A stretch of 64,000 nucleotides of DNA from Gemmatimonadaceae bacterium (GCA_040901985.1 JBBDYC010000009.1:60364-124363); one strand, 5' to 3'; shown: positions 52,234 to 61,361, counted from the first letter of the stretch. Made by a program: numbers and translations. The notes: generated from the sequence alone by a model not told the origin.

Positions 52234-52416
52234 CTACGCAACTCCTCCTCGTACTCCACCGGCGAGCGGAAGCCGAGCGACGAGTGCCGCCGCGCCACTT
52301 GGAGAAGGTCTCCCGCGAGATGCCGTGCCGTCGGATGAGTTCGCCGGTTTTCGCGCCTGCCCGGCCATCCTGCAGCATGCCGACAACTGTTCGTCGTTGC
52401 ATCGGGACTTCCGCAT
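52234..52416 (-). mobile_element. IS3-family remnant (orfA start fused to orfB end)
   Basis: MRKSR..DEQ, ELIRRHGISRETFSKWR, HSSLGFRSPVEYEE. Confidence 0.7.
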
Positions 52417-52519
52417 CGGTCCTCCGTGAGGACCGGCAAGATTTGCGGGATCAGGATGCGGGGGTCACGTCGCCAGCGGTGGCGAGCGTGCCGGCGGTTA
52501 CCGTCAATGAGCCTGAAAG

Positions 52520-52585
52520 CGTCGATAGGCGATGCGTATGACAACGCGCTCGCCGAGACGATCAACGGGCTGTACAAGGCCGAGG
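52520..52585 (+). mobile_element. IS3-family integrase-core fragment
   Basis: SIGDAYDNALAETINGLYKAE. Confidence 0.75.
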
Positions 52586-52599
52586 GGCCGACGGCGGGA

Positions 52600-52860
52600 C
52601 CGAGACGGTGGACCCGTTGGAGTTCCTCGCCCGGGTGCTGGTGCACATCCCGGACAAGGGACAGGTCACCACGCGTTACTACGCCTGCTACGCCAACCGC
52701 CCCGCGGGATGCGCCGTCAGGCCGAGCCGGCCACCGCCGAGACGCCGCCCGCGATCGTCCCCGCGCCGGGAGGAGGCCACGCCGCCGCCCGTCCGACGGC
52801 GCTCGCGAAGCCGGCGATCCCGCCACATACTCAGGTGATTCCGATTGAAACTCCTATCCC
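52600..52860 (+). mobile_element. IS91/ISCR-type Y2 transposase C-terminal remnant with oriIS-like end
   Basis: DPLEFLARVLVHIP...TRYYACYANR; downstream CCGATTGAAACTCCTATCCC (52841..52860). Confidence 0.7.
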
Positions 52861-52933
52861 GATACGTGGAACGCCCCCCCGGCCGCACCACCCGGTTGGC
52901 CGCGGCCGGGGTACAGGGTACTTTCACTGAGTC

Positions 52934-53734
52934 ATGCCTCAACCAGTGCGGCCGACATCCCAGGGAGTCGGAATCGGCGAATGGGAACTCGACGGTTTCG
53001 CGGTCGTCGAGTCGCTCCATGCGCCTGGCATGGCGCTGACGCGCCATGAACACCGTTGGCCAACCATTTCTCTGGTCGTGGCCGGCGACTTCGCCGAGAT
53101 CTTCGCTGACGGGCCGCGATGGTGCGAACGCGGAACGGTTCTGATCAAGCCGGCCGGAGTTCCCCACTCCAATTGGTATGGACGCCAGGGCGCCCGGTGT
53201 CTGATCGCGGAAGTTCGGACCGCAGAGGATGTCGGGAGCCAAACCTGGCATGGCGCTGGCCGGGTGGTTCATTGCGTCCACGGGCCGCTCGCGCGCCTGG
53301 GCAGCCGCGTGGCGCGCGCGTTCTGCGAATGGGACGACCCGTCGCGAATGACGGTGGAGTGTATCCTGCGCGAGATCGCAGCGGGACCGGGGACGTACGG
53401 TTCCCGCGACTCGCTTTCAAGCATACAGCGCGCCATGGAGTACATGCACGCAGAGTTCAGAGGATCGCTGCTCCTGCGCGACGTGGCGGCCGCGGCCGGC
53501 GTGCACCCCACTTACCTGGCGCGCGCATTTCGACGGCACTTTGGCCGCACGCCAGGCGATTTGCTCCGTGAACTACGCGTGCACTGGGCGGCGCATCTCC
53601 TGGCCGAAAGCCCTATGAGCGTCTCGCAGATCGCGCTGGAAGCGGGGTTCACGGACCAGAGTCATCTGACCCGAGTATTCACGCGACGCCTCGGCCGCAC
53701 GCCGGCAAGGTACCGCCGGGATCGTCGAGGCTGA
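52934..53734 (+). CDS. AraC family transcriptional regulator
   Basis: HEH cupin; VAAAAGVHPTYLARAFRR, IALEAGFTDQSHLTRVF. Confidence 0.92.
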   Translation: MPQPVRPTSQGVGIGEWELDGFAVVESLHAPGMALTRHEHRWPTISLVVAGDFAEIFADGPRWCERGTVLIKPAGVPHSNWYGRQGARCLIAEVRTAEDVGSQTWHGAGRVVHCVHGPLARLGSRVARAFCEWDDPSRMTVECILREIAAGPGTYGSRDSLSSIQRAMEYMHAEFRGSLLLRDVAAAAGVHPTYLARAFRRHFGRTPGDLLRELRVHWAAHLLAESPMSVSQIALEAGFTDQSHLTRVFTRRLGRTPARYRRDRRG

Positions 53735-53792
53735 TCGCCTCCTGGTTGCTTCCGTACAAGAACCAGCGCTGCAAGTCTGCCAGATTGCAGCC

Positions 53793-54965
53793 ATGCGACT
53801 ACCCGGCTACTTACTGCTTATCGCTCTCCCGTTACTCGGGATTGGCGCCCAATCGTCGGCGACGGGGCCGCGAATCGCCTTGCCCGAGCCCTGGGGTCTG
53901 CATCCAGTCGGCTACGAGCGTCTCGACCTCGCCGACTCCAGCCGCCAGGAGGTTCGTGGCGCCCGCGCTGGAAGTCCCCGCCGCCTCGTTTTGCAACTCT
54001 GGTATCCGGCACGTGGCAGCGTCACCGAGCCGACCGTGTATATGGATTCTCTCACGGCCGGCGCGTGGGCAGCGAACCAGCGTCTGCCGGCCGGTTTTCA
54101 GAACAGGGTGCTGACGGCTGCACAGCGGGGACTGCCTGTAGTCGACTCTCTCGGCCCGCTGCCCGTTCTCCTGTTCTCGCACGGCCGCACCTGGCCGGTT
54201 CAGACGTATCAGATGATGCTGCAGGACCTCGCCAGCCGCGGCTGGCTTGTCGTCGCGATGAGCCATCCGTATGAAGAGGTGCTCACCACGTTTGCCGACG
54301 GGTCCGCGGCCCGCTTCGACCAGCCGAGCTGGGACACTCCCGCAGAGCGAGGCCGCCTCCTGACCGAGGCGGTCGACGTGCTCGTGCAGGATGCGGAATT
54401 CACCGTCCGGTCGCTGATTCGTTGGAATGAGCAAGCCGGTCACCCCCTTCGCGGTCGCGTGGACACGGCGCGCATCGGCTATTTCGGGCATTCCCTCGGG
54501 GGCGCCGCGGCAGCCCGGGCCCTGTCGCGCCTGCCGGGCGTCCTGGCAGCGGCCACTATCGAAGGCAGCGTATACGACAGCGCGTCTCGGCCTATGGTGG
54601 TGGAAAAGCCGCTGATGAACATCATCGGCGGCTACAACCGGGCGGAACTCGGACTGCGCGATTATCTCGCGGCGCCAGGAGCCGTCGTTTTCGAGGTGAT
54701 CGTTCACGGGGCCTGGCATGCTTCGTTCGCGGACCTCCTGCTCATATACGGTGCCACGGCTCCCCGGGCCTGGCGCGAACGTCATCGCCGCGAACTGTCT
54801 CCCGTTCGCGTCAACCAGATCACCACGGACTATCTGCACGCGTTCTTCCGCCGGTATCTGCTGGGAGAGCAGTCGCTCCTCCTCCGGCCCCATTCGGATC
54901 CTGAGTTGGGCAACTTTGAAACGTCGGGCTATCCCGAAGTCGAGCTGCGCGTCGTTGCCGGATGA
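53793..54965 (+). CDS. Exported alpha/beta hydrolase (PAF-acetylhydrolase-like)
   Basis: Signal peptide; LWYPA, LLFSHG, LASRG, GHSLGG, GAWHASF. Confidence 0.85.
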   Translation: MRLPGYLLLIALPLLGIGAQSSATGPRIALPEPWGLHPVGYERLDLADSSRQEVRGARAGSPRRLVLQLWYPARGSVTEPTVYMDSLTAGAWAANQRLPAGFQNRVLTAAQRGLPVVDSLGPLPVLLFSHGRTWPVQTYQMMLQDLASRGWLVVAMSHPYEEVLTTFADGSAARFDQPSWDTPAERGRLLTEAVDVLVQDAEFTVRSLIRWNEQAGHPLRGRVDTARIGYFGHSLGGAAAARALSRLPGVLAAATIEGSVYDSASRPMVVEKPLMNIIGGYNRAELGLRDYLAAPGAVVFEVIVHGAWHASFADLLLIYGATAPRAWRERHRRELSPVRVNQITTDYLHAFFRRYLLGEQSLLLRPHSDPELGNFETSGYPEVELRVVAG

Positions 54966-54998
54966 TGCGCGGTTCTATGCGCCCGCCAGTGAGTTGCG

Positions 54999-56231
54999 AT
55001 GTCTGAGCCGCGCCATGATGCGCAGGTTTCGCCGCCCCTGGTGTCCGTCAATCCGTCGTACGTGCTCAGGGTGCTCAACAACCTGATCGCTATCGACTCG
55101 GTCAATCCATCCCTGGTGCCGGGCGCGCGGGGCGAAGGGGAAATCGCCCGCTACATCGCCTCGGAGATGGAAGGCCTGGGGCTGACCGTCCGGATGGTCG
55201 AGCCGGCGCCAGGACGCCCGTCCGTGGTCGGGCGGCTCGCCGGCAAAGGCGGCGGGCCGTCCCTGATGTTGAACGGACACGCCGACACGGTCGCTGCCGG
55301 CGAAATGCATGCACCGTTCGTCCCCCGGCTCGAGGGACAGCGCCTGTACGGACGCGGAGCATACGACATGAAGGGAGCGGTCGCCGCGTGCCTAGGCGCG
55401 GTCAAAGCGATTCGCGACTCCGGTGTTGCCATCGCTGGCGACGTGTTGGTAGTCACCGTCGCCGACGAAGAGTACGCCAGCACGGGAATGCAGGCGATCC
55501 TCGAGGCGGTTCAAGTTGACGCCGCCATCGTTACCGAGCCCACGTCCCTCGACGTGTGCGTTGCGCACAAGGGCTTTGCCTGGATCGAGGTCGAAACAAG
55601 GGGCCGGGCAGCGCACGGCAGTCAACATGCGCTTGGCGTTGACGCCAACGCCCGCATGGGGCGAATCCTCGTCGAGTTGGAACGCCTGGACGCCGACCTG
55701 GCCGCGCGGGCTCCCCACCCGCTTCTCGGGCGAGCGTCTTTGCACGTCGCGACGCTCGCAGGCGGGTCGGGAATGAGCACGTACTCGGATCGGTGTCAGG
55801 CTGGCGTCGAACGGCGCACACTCCCGGGCGAGACGGGCCAGAGCGCACTCGCGGAGATTCAGAGGATGCTCGACCGGGTGGCGGCCCCCGATCCCGATCT
55901 TCCGGCCTCGGCGCGGCTGCTCCTGGCCCGCGAGCCATTCGAAGTGGATGGATCGGCACGAATTGTCAGGGTGGTGACGGATGCGGCATCCAGAGCGCTC
56001 GGCCGTCCAGCCATCCTCCGTGGCGAGAATCCATGGATGGACGCGGCCCTGCTGGCACAGGCCGGCGTGGAAACCGTGGTGATAGGACCGCACGGCTTCG
56101 GCGCGCACGGACCCGTCGAGTGGGTTGACGTCGACAGCGTCAATACTCTCTCGGCGATCCTGGCGGAAGCCTCCTTGGAATACTGCGGCCAGGCTGCGGC
56201 CCTGGACGGCATACGTGCTCATTCGCAATAG
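54999..56231 (+). CDS. M20 ArgE/DapE family deacylase
   Basis: NGHADTV, GRGAYDMKG, DEE, EPT, AHKG, WMDA, GAH..VEWV. Confidence 0.92.
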   Translation: MSEPRHDAQVSPPLVSVNPSYVLRVLNNLIAIDSVNPSLVPGARGEGEIARYIASEMEGLGLTVRMVEPAPGRPSVVGRLAGKGGGPSLMLNGHADTVAAGEMHAPFVPRLEGQRLYGRGAYDMKGAVAACLGAVKAIRDSGVAIAGDVLVVTVADEEYASTGMQAILEAVQVDAAIVTEPTSLDVCVAHKGFAWIEVETRGRAAHGSQHALGVDANARMGRILVELERLDADLAARAPHPLLGRASLHVATLAGGSGMSTYSDRCQAGVERRTLPGETGQSALAEIQRMLDRVAAPDPDLPASARLLLAREPFEVDGSARIVRVVTDAASRALGRPAILRGENPWMDAALLAQAGVETVVIGPHGFGAHGPVEWVDVDSVNTLSAILAEASLEYCGQAAALDGIRAHSQ

Positions 56232-57333
56232 CGCGGCGCGTACCAGCCCGGGATCGCGGACGGCTCCGGCGTTCTCCAGCAGCGAAATCCGCCGGGCCGT
56301 CCAGGCCATACGGGGGTGGCGGGCATACGAGCCGACGCCACTGCTCACACGGGCAGATTTGGCACGCGAACTCGGAGTGGCGGACGTCTGGTACAAGGAC
56401 GAGAGCAAGCGGTTGGGCCTCGGGAGTTTCAAGGCGCTCGGCGGGGCGTATGCAGTCGAAAGGTCTCTCGCCCGCCAGGCCCGCCGCCGCCGGCCCACGT
56501 TCGTCTGCGCAACTGACGGCAATCATGGCAGAGCTGTCGCGTGGGCGGCTGATCGGCACGGCTGCGCCGCAACTGTCTTCGTTCCGCGAGCCATCACAGC
56601 CCCGCGCATCGCCGCCATTCGGGAGTACGGTGCGCGCGTTCACGTCGTTGACGGCACCTATGACGACGCTGCACGTCTTGCCCGAACAGTGGCGGAAGCC
56701 GAAGAATGGCAGCTCATCTCCGACGCAGGAGAGACGGTCACCGAACGGTCCACCTGGGACGTCATGTACGGATACCAAATCATCGGCCATGAAATCTTGG
56801 AGCAACTCCCACGTCACGTTGCCATCACGCATATGTTCGTGCAAGCAGGCGTTGGCGGGCTTGCGGCGTCCTTGGTTCGATTTCGCCAGGGCCGCCGCCC
56901 GGCGCCGGTCATGATCACCGTTGAGCCTGAAGCGGCGGATTGCGTCTTCCAGAGTATCGCCGCACGGCGGCGCGTGCGCGTACCAGGTGCCCTTCGAACC
57001 ATCATGTCCGGCCTCGCGTGTGCCCGACCGTCGGCGCCGGCTTGGTCCGTCCTGCGACACCGAGTGGACTTCGCCATGCGTATTCCGGACCGCTTCGCGC
57101 GCGACGCTATGCGCCTCGCTGCCTCCTTCCCCGGGAGCCAGCGGCTGGTCGTCGGCGAGTCCGGCGCGGCTGGCTTGGCGGGGTGTCTTGCGCTCGTTCG
57201 TTCCGGCCGCACGTCAGACGTGCGTTTGTCCAGCGAGTCTCAGGTTCTGTTTGTTGGAACCGAAGGAGCGACTGATCCGGCACGGTACCGGCTGATCACG
57301 GGCCACGAACCGAACATGGAAGCTCGTGCGTGA
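56215..57333 (+). CDS. dpaL: Diaminopropionate ammonia-lyase (PLP fold II)
   Basis: YEPTPL, KDESKRLGLGSFKALGGAYA, ATDGNHGRAVAW, QAGVGG, TIMSGLAC, GESGAAG, TEGATDP. Confidence 0.88.
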   Translation: MLIRNSAARTSPGSRTAPAFSSSEIRRAVQAIRGWRAYEPTPLLTRADLARELGVADVWYKDESKRLGLGSFKALGGAYAVERSLARQARRRRPTFVCATDGNHGRAVAWAADRHGCAATVFVPRAITAPRIAAIREYGARVHVVDGTYDDAARLARTVAEAEEWQLISDAGETVTERSTWDVMYGYQIIGHEILEQLPRHVAITHMFVQAGVGGLAASLVRFRQGRRPAPVMITVEPEAADCVFQSIAARRRVRVPGALRTIMSGLACARPSAPAWSVLRHRVDFAMRIPDRFARDAMRLAASFPGSQRLVVGESGAAGLAGCLALVRSGRTSDVRLSSESQVLFVGTEGATDPARYRLITGHEPNMEARA

Positions 57334-57530
57334 CTTGTGGAGGACGCACCGATGGACTCCTTGATACAATCTAAACTAGGCTGCTGGCCTCACGGATCGT
57401 GCTCATTTCACGCGTGAGTTCCGCCGTGAATTCGGATTGCCGCCGAGAGCGTAACTCACGCACGTTCGCACCCGTGCCGCGACCGCGGCCCACGACGGCG
57501 CGCGGAGTCCCCCCTCGATCCGATCCCTCA

Positions 57531-57701
57531 GGCCAGCTCGCGCTGGGTGCGGTCGGAGGACGCGGCATTCCGACTGTCGCTGCGGAACCACGACTTTGCG
57601 CTCGCGGTGGGGCTGACACGGCTGTTCTAGCCGGGAACGCGGCGTAGGGCCTCCAGCTCGTGGCGCGCCCGGCGTCACGCGCCCTTGACCGCCTGGCGAA
57701 T
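57531..57701 (+). repeat. Right 171-bp direct repeat of island
   Basis: Matches 52022..52192. Confidence 0.95.
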
Positions 57702-58370
57702 CAACCCCGGACTGAAGCCCCGCCGCGCGAGATACCCGTAGAGCCGGCGCCGAGCGACCACCGGATCGAGCCCCGCCAGACTGTGCGAGCGCTTGGCCAC
57801 CAGTGCACGGATGGCCGTGAGTTCGTCCGCGCCTTCGTCCGCCGCGTGTTCCGCCAGTACGCGGTCCACCAGCGCCCGCGCCACGCCTCGCCGCGCGAGC
57901 TCGGCCGCCACGCGCCGCGGCCCGAACCCCCGCCCCACCGCCAACCGCGTGCGCGCAAAACCGCGGGCAAACTCCTCGTCGTTGAGCAGGCCAAGCGACT
58001 CCAGCCGCTCCAGCGCGGGATCGATCTCCTCGGCCGAGAATTCGCGCTGCTTGAGCCAGCGGCCGAGGTCCGCGCGCGAGCGCGCCCGGCGCGCCAAGGC
58101 GTCCAGCGCCTTGTCGTAGCACGCCACCCGGCGCACAGCGGCCTCCAGCCGGGCCCGCAGCGCGGCGTCCACGGTCTGCCCAACGGCGAGCCCCGCGGCC
58201 TGCCCCGCGGCGAGCCCCGCGGCGAGCCCCGCGGCGGGCGCCGAGGCGAGCCCCAGTTCGGCGATGCTGTCTGCCGACACCGCGCCGAGTGGTTCGCCGT
58301 CGAGCTCGATCACGTACCGCCCCGCGCGGCGGGGGTGCTCGCGGAGGGCAGTGATGCGCGACGGAATCAC
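57675..58370 (-). CDS. recX: Regulatory protein RecX
   Basis: ALDALARRARSRADL, LGLLNDEEFA, FGPRRVAAELARRGV, YLARRGF; GTG start at 58370. Confidence 0.9.
   Translation of the reverse strand: MIPSRITALREHPRRAGRYVIELDGEPLGAVSADSIAELGLASAPAAGLAAGLAAGQAAGLAVGQTVDAALRARLEAAVRRVACYDKALDALARRARSRADLGRWLKQREFSAEEIDPALERLESLGLLNDEEFARGFARTRLAVGRGFGPRRVAAELARRGVARALVDRVLAEHAADEGADELTAIRALVAKRSHSLAGLDPVVARRRLYGYLARRGFSPGLIRQAVKGA
58186..58254. repeat. 12-bp in-frame tandem repeat inside recX
   Basis: gcgagccccgcg units encoding AAGL/AAGQ. Confidence 0.8.
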
Positions 58371-59506
58371 GGCGTCGGCGGCGAGAGCATCTCTTCCAAG
58401 GCGAACTTGATTCTCGGGGAGATTCGGTTCACGGGATAGTACCGCTCGATCACATCCAGGGCGTCCGTCGCCGTGCGGATGTCCAGATAGCGGAGCAGAA
58501 AGCGGATGTCGGCCAGGTCCGGTGCCTGGTCCGCCGGCCGCATCGCCAGGCACTTCATCGCCAGCAAGTACTCCGGACTGGCCACGAAGACGCGGAGAAA
58601 GGGAAGGTCCAAATACGGGCTGAACTCGCCGGTGTGTGAGAGGAACGCCTTCGCCGCATCGTTGAGCCAGCCGCGGGCGAGCCCCTCCCGCTCGGCGATG
58701 CGAGCCACCGCCTCTCGCACCGGCGCGGCCGGCTCGAAGATCGCATCCACGTCACGGGTGGCCTCGCGCGCGCCCATCACCAAGCACATCACCGCACCGC
58801 CCACGACGTGCAGATCCGCACCGACACCCGCGGCCGCGAGTTCCTTCTCCAGTTCACGGAACAGTTCGCGAATGCGATCGGCCGCCAGCATCTCCTGGCC
58901 ATAGCGATATCGGGGCTCTTCCGAGACCCGAAGGCTCGGCGCCAGCGGCACCAGCGGGGCGGCGTAGCCGACACCGTCAAACCCGTCACCGTCCACCAGC
59001 GTGGCGAGGCGGGTGCCGAGCCCCTTCTCGATGAACAAGTTGCGACGACGCCAAACCACCGGCGCCACCCGAAGGAGGTAGGGCCGCCACGACATTATGC
59101 CGAGGGCAAAGTGCGGTGCCGGAAGGGGCGGCACGTCCAGCGTCCAGTCGGGCGGCAGAGTGCCCCACAGCGCGCTCCGCTGCTCCGCGTACGCGGCGAT
59201 GTAGTTCTGGTGGAACGCCGACAGCGCGTGAAAGGCCGCGGGCACCGTGGCGACCTCGATTGCACGCGCACGCGGCAGCGTGAGGAAACAGTCCTCCAGT
59301 TCCGCGAGATAGATCCGCGCACGATGCGCGCTGTCGTACGCCAGCGCGTCAACGAGCTTCTCAAACTCCGTGCGACGCGCCTGAGGAAGCACCCGCGCCA
59401 GCACGTACGACGACAGGTCGAGGCCACTGGCCTCCGCGGCCGCACGGATCTTGGCCTTCTCGTCGGGCGTCACCCGGACTTGGAGCTGCTCGGTCTTGGG
59501 GGTCAT
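58367..59506 (-). CDS. Fusion: DUF1778-like RHH domain + helical domain + DUF6036-like nucleotidyltransferase
   Basis: TEQLQVRVTPDEKAKI..AA...GLDLSSYV; RRRNLFI; VVGGAVM...REATRDVDA, WLND, LLAMK, DLADI, all in one frame. Confidence 0.8.
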   Translation of the reverse strand: MTPKTEQLQVRVTPDEKAKIRAAAEASGLDLSSYVLARVLPQARRTEFEKLVDALAYDSAHRARIYLAELEDCFLTLPRARAIEVATVPAAFHALSAFHQNYIAAYAEQRSALWGTLPPDWTLDVPPLPAPHFALGIMSWRPYLLRVAPVVWRRRNLFIEKGLGTRLATLVDGDGFDGVGYAAPLVPLAPSLRVSEEPRYRYGQEMLAADRIRELFRELEKELAAAGVGADLHVVGGAVMCLVMGAREATRDVDAIFEPAAPVREAVARIAEREGLARGWLNDAAKAFLSHTGEFSPYLDLPFLRVFVASPEYLLAMKCLAMRPADQAPDLADIRFLLRYLDIRTATDALDVIERYYPVNRISPRIKFALEEMLSPPTP

Positions 59507-59512
59507 CGCGTG

Positions 59513-59556
59513 AAGATATGGCCCGCGTGCCAGGCTGTCAATACGTGGTATTGACA
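59513..59556 (-). promoter_or_regulatory. Promoter (probably leaderless transcript) with perfect palindrome
   Basis: Minus strand TTGACA-17 bp-TATCTT-6 bp-ATG; TGTCAATAC-N3-GTATTGACA at 59536..59556. Confidence 0.7.
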
Positions 59557-59576
59557 ACGACGGAGGCGGCCTTCGC

Positions 59577-59609
59577 CCCGGAAATACGCCGGGGGTGGAC
59601 CCGAGTGGA
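59577..59609 (+). repeat. 33-bp direct repeat, copy 1
   Basis: cccggaaatacgccgggggtggacccgagtgga. Confidence 0.95.
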
Positions 59610-59671
59610 TTCATCTACAGTCGCACTGATTCGGTCACGTTCGCCGGGAGGCGGCGGGCGGTATTCGCGCG

Positions 59672-59860
59672 ATGAAGACTCGGGACGTCCTCAAACTGCT
59701 CCACGCCAACGGCTGGCGGATTGCCCGGATTCGCGGAAGTCACCATCATTTCAAGCACCCTGAGAAACGCGGAATCGTGACGGTCCCGGTAAAGAAGGGC
59801 GCGGACGTGCCGCCCGGCACGTTGCGTAGCATCCTCCGCCAGGCGGGCTTGACGCCGTGA
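59672..59860 (+). CDS. hicA: HicA toxin
   Basis: LLHANGW...RGSHHHFKHP...VTVP...GTLRSILRQAGL. Confidence 0.92.
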   Translation: MKTRDVLKLLHANGWRIARIRGSHHHFKHPEKRGIVTVPVKKGADVPPGTLRSILRQAGLTP

Positions 59861-60084
59861 TTCGATATCCCGTACTCCTCGAGGCGACCGGCGACGGTTA
59901 CTGGGTCCACGCCCCGGACGTGCCCGGCTGCGTGTCGTTCGGCGCATCGCGCGAAGAGGCGCTGGCGAATATGCGCGAGGCGCTCGAGGGCCACCTCGGT
60001 CTGATGCTGGAACAGGGCGACGCGCTGCCGCCGGCGTCCGCCGCCGCCGAAATGCTCGAGGTCTCCCTCCCTCCGGGCCGGTAA
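59857..60084 (+). CDS. hicB: HicB family antitoxin (short)
   Basis: YPVLLE...YWVHAPDVPGCVSFGASREEALANMREAL; GTGA overlap. Confidence 0.9.
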   Translation: MIRYPVLLEATGDGYWVHAPDVPGCVSFGASREEALANMREALEGHLGLMLEQGDALPPASAAAEMLEVSLPPGR

Positions 60085-60087
60085 GCT

Positions 60088-60120
60088 CCCGGAAATACGC
60101 CGGGGGTGGACCCGAGTGGA
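60088..60120 (+). repeat. 33-bp direct repeat, copy 2
   Basis: Identical to 59577..59609. Confidence 0.95.
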
Positions 60121-60224
60121 ACGGCGGGGATTCCGGGCCCCGACGACTCACCACAGATCGCACCCCCGACGAACTACCGTGGGACGCATCTCGATTGTCA
60201 CGGCGTCGCGCCGCCGCGTTGACG

Positions 60225-61268
60225 CTAGTCCTCGACTTCGGCTTCGACCGGCTCGGTCTTCGTGATCCCGAGCACCACCTTCACCTTCTCCTCGATCTCC
60301 GCCATCACCGCCGGATTGTCCTTCAGGAAGAGCTTGGCGTTCTCACGCCCCTGCCCGATCCGCTGGGTGCCGTAGCTGTACCACGCCCCCGACTTCTCGA
60401 TGATCCCACTCTCGGCGCCGATGTCCACCAGCAGCGACGTGTGCGAGATCCCCTCCGCGTACATAATGTCGAACTCGGCTTGCCGGAACGGCGGCGCCAC
60501 CTTGTTCTTCACCACCTTCACCCGGACGTGCGACCCGATCACGTCCTCCTTCTCCTTCACCGGGCCGATGCGGCGGATGTCGAGCCGCAACGACGCGTAG
60601 AACTTCAAGGCCTTGCCGCCGGTCGTCGTCTCAGGGCTCCCGAACATCACCCCGATCTTCTCCCGCAGCTGATTGATGAAGATCACCGAGCAGTTCGATC
60701 GGGCGATCGCTCCGGTGAGCTTGCGCAACGCCTGGCTCATCAGCCGGGCCTGCAACCCCATGTGCGACTCGCCCATCTCCCCCTCGATCTCGGCCTTCGG
60801 CACCAACGCCGCCACCGAGTCAATCACGATCACATCCACCGCCCCACTGCGCACCAGGATCTCACAGATCTCCAGCGCCTGCTCCCCCGTGTCCGGCTGC
60901 GAGATGAGCAGCTTGTCCACGTCCACGCCCAGCTTGGTGGAATAGTCCGTGTCCAACGCGTGCTCGGCGTCAATGAAGGCCGCCGTCCCACCCAGCTTCT
61001 GCGCATTGGCCACGACGTGCAGACAGAGCGTCGTCTTGCCGCTGCTCTCCGGCCCGTAGATCTCGGTCACCCGCCCCCGCGGAATCCCCCCGACGCCTAT
61101 CGCCGCGTCAAGATTGATCGCCCCAGTGGGGATGGCGTCCACCTTCACCCTCACGCCATCCGCGCCCATCCGCATGATGGCTCCCTTCCCGAACGACTTC
61201 TCGATCTGCGACACCGCCAGCCCCAACGCCTTCTTGCGATCTTCCTGCTGAGCCGCCGTCGTTGCCAT
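60225..61268 (-). CDS. recA: Recombinase RecA
   Basis: [47 protein letters not shown]. Confidence 0.99.
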   Translation of the reverse strand: MATTAAQQEDRKKALGLAVSQIEKSFGKGAIMRMGADGVRVKVDAIPTGAINLDAAIGVGGIPRGRVTEIYGPESSGKTTLCLHVVANAQKLGGTAAFIDAEHALDTDYSTKLGVDVDKLLISQPDTGEQALEICEILVRSGAVDVIVIDSVAALVPKAEIEGEMGESHMGLQARLMSQALRKLTGAIARSNCSVIFINQLREKIGVMFGSPETTTGGKALKFYASLRLDIRRIGPVKEKEDVIGSHVRVKVVKNKVAPPFRQAEFDIMYAEGISHTSLLVDIGAESGIIEKSGAWYSYGTQRIGQGRENAKLFLKDNPAVMAEIEEKVKVVLGITKTEPVEAEVED

Positions 61269-61361
61269 CGGTGCCTCGGAGAGGTGAAAGGGAATCTACC
61301 CGCCAGGGGACGCTCGGCTACCCCCGAATTGACCACGAAAGGAACCGCCGTACCGAACACC

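Noticed and set aside
57412..57461. 9-bp inverted repeat near the island's right end as attC or IS end
   Set aside because: Too short, and no matching partner or consensus could be established by eye
59577..60120. CRISPR array from the 33-bp repeats
   Set aside because: Only two copies, 478 bp apart with two genes between them; no cas genes
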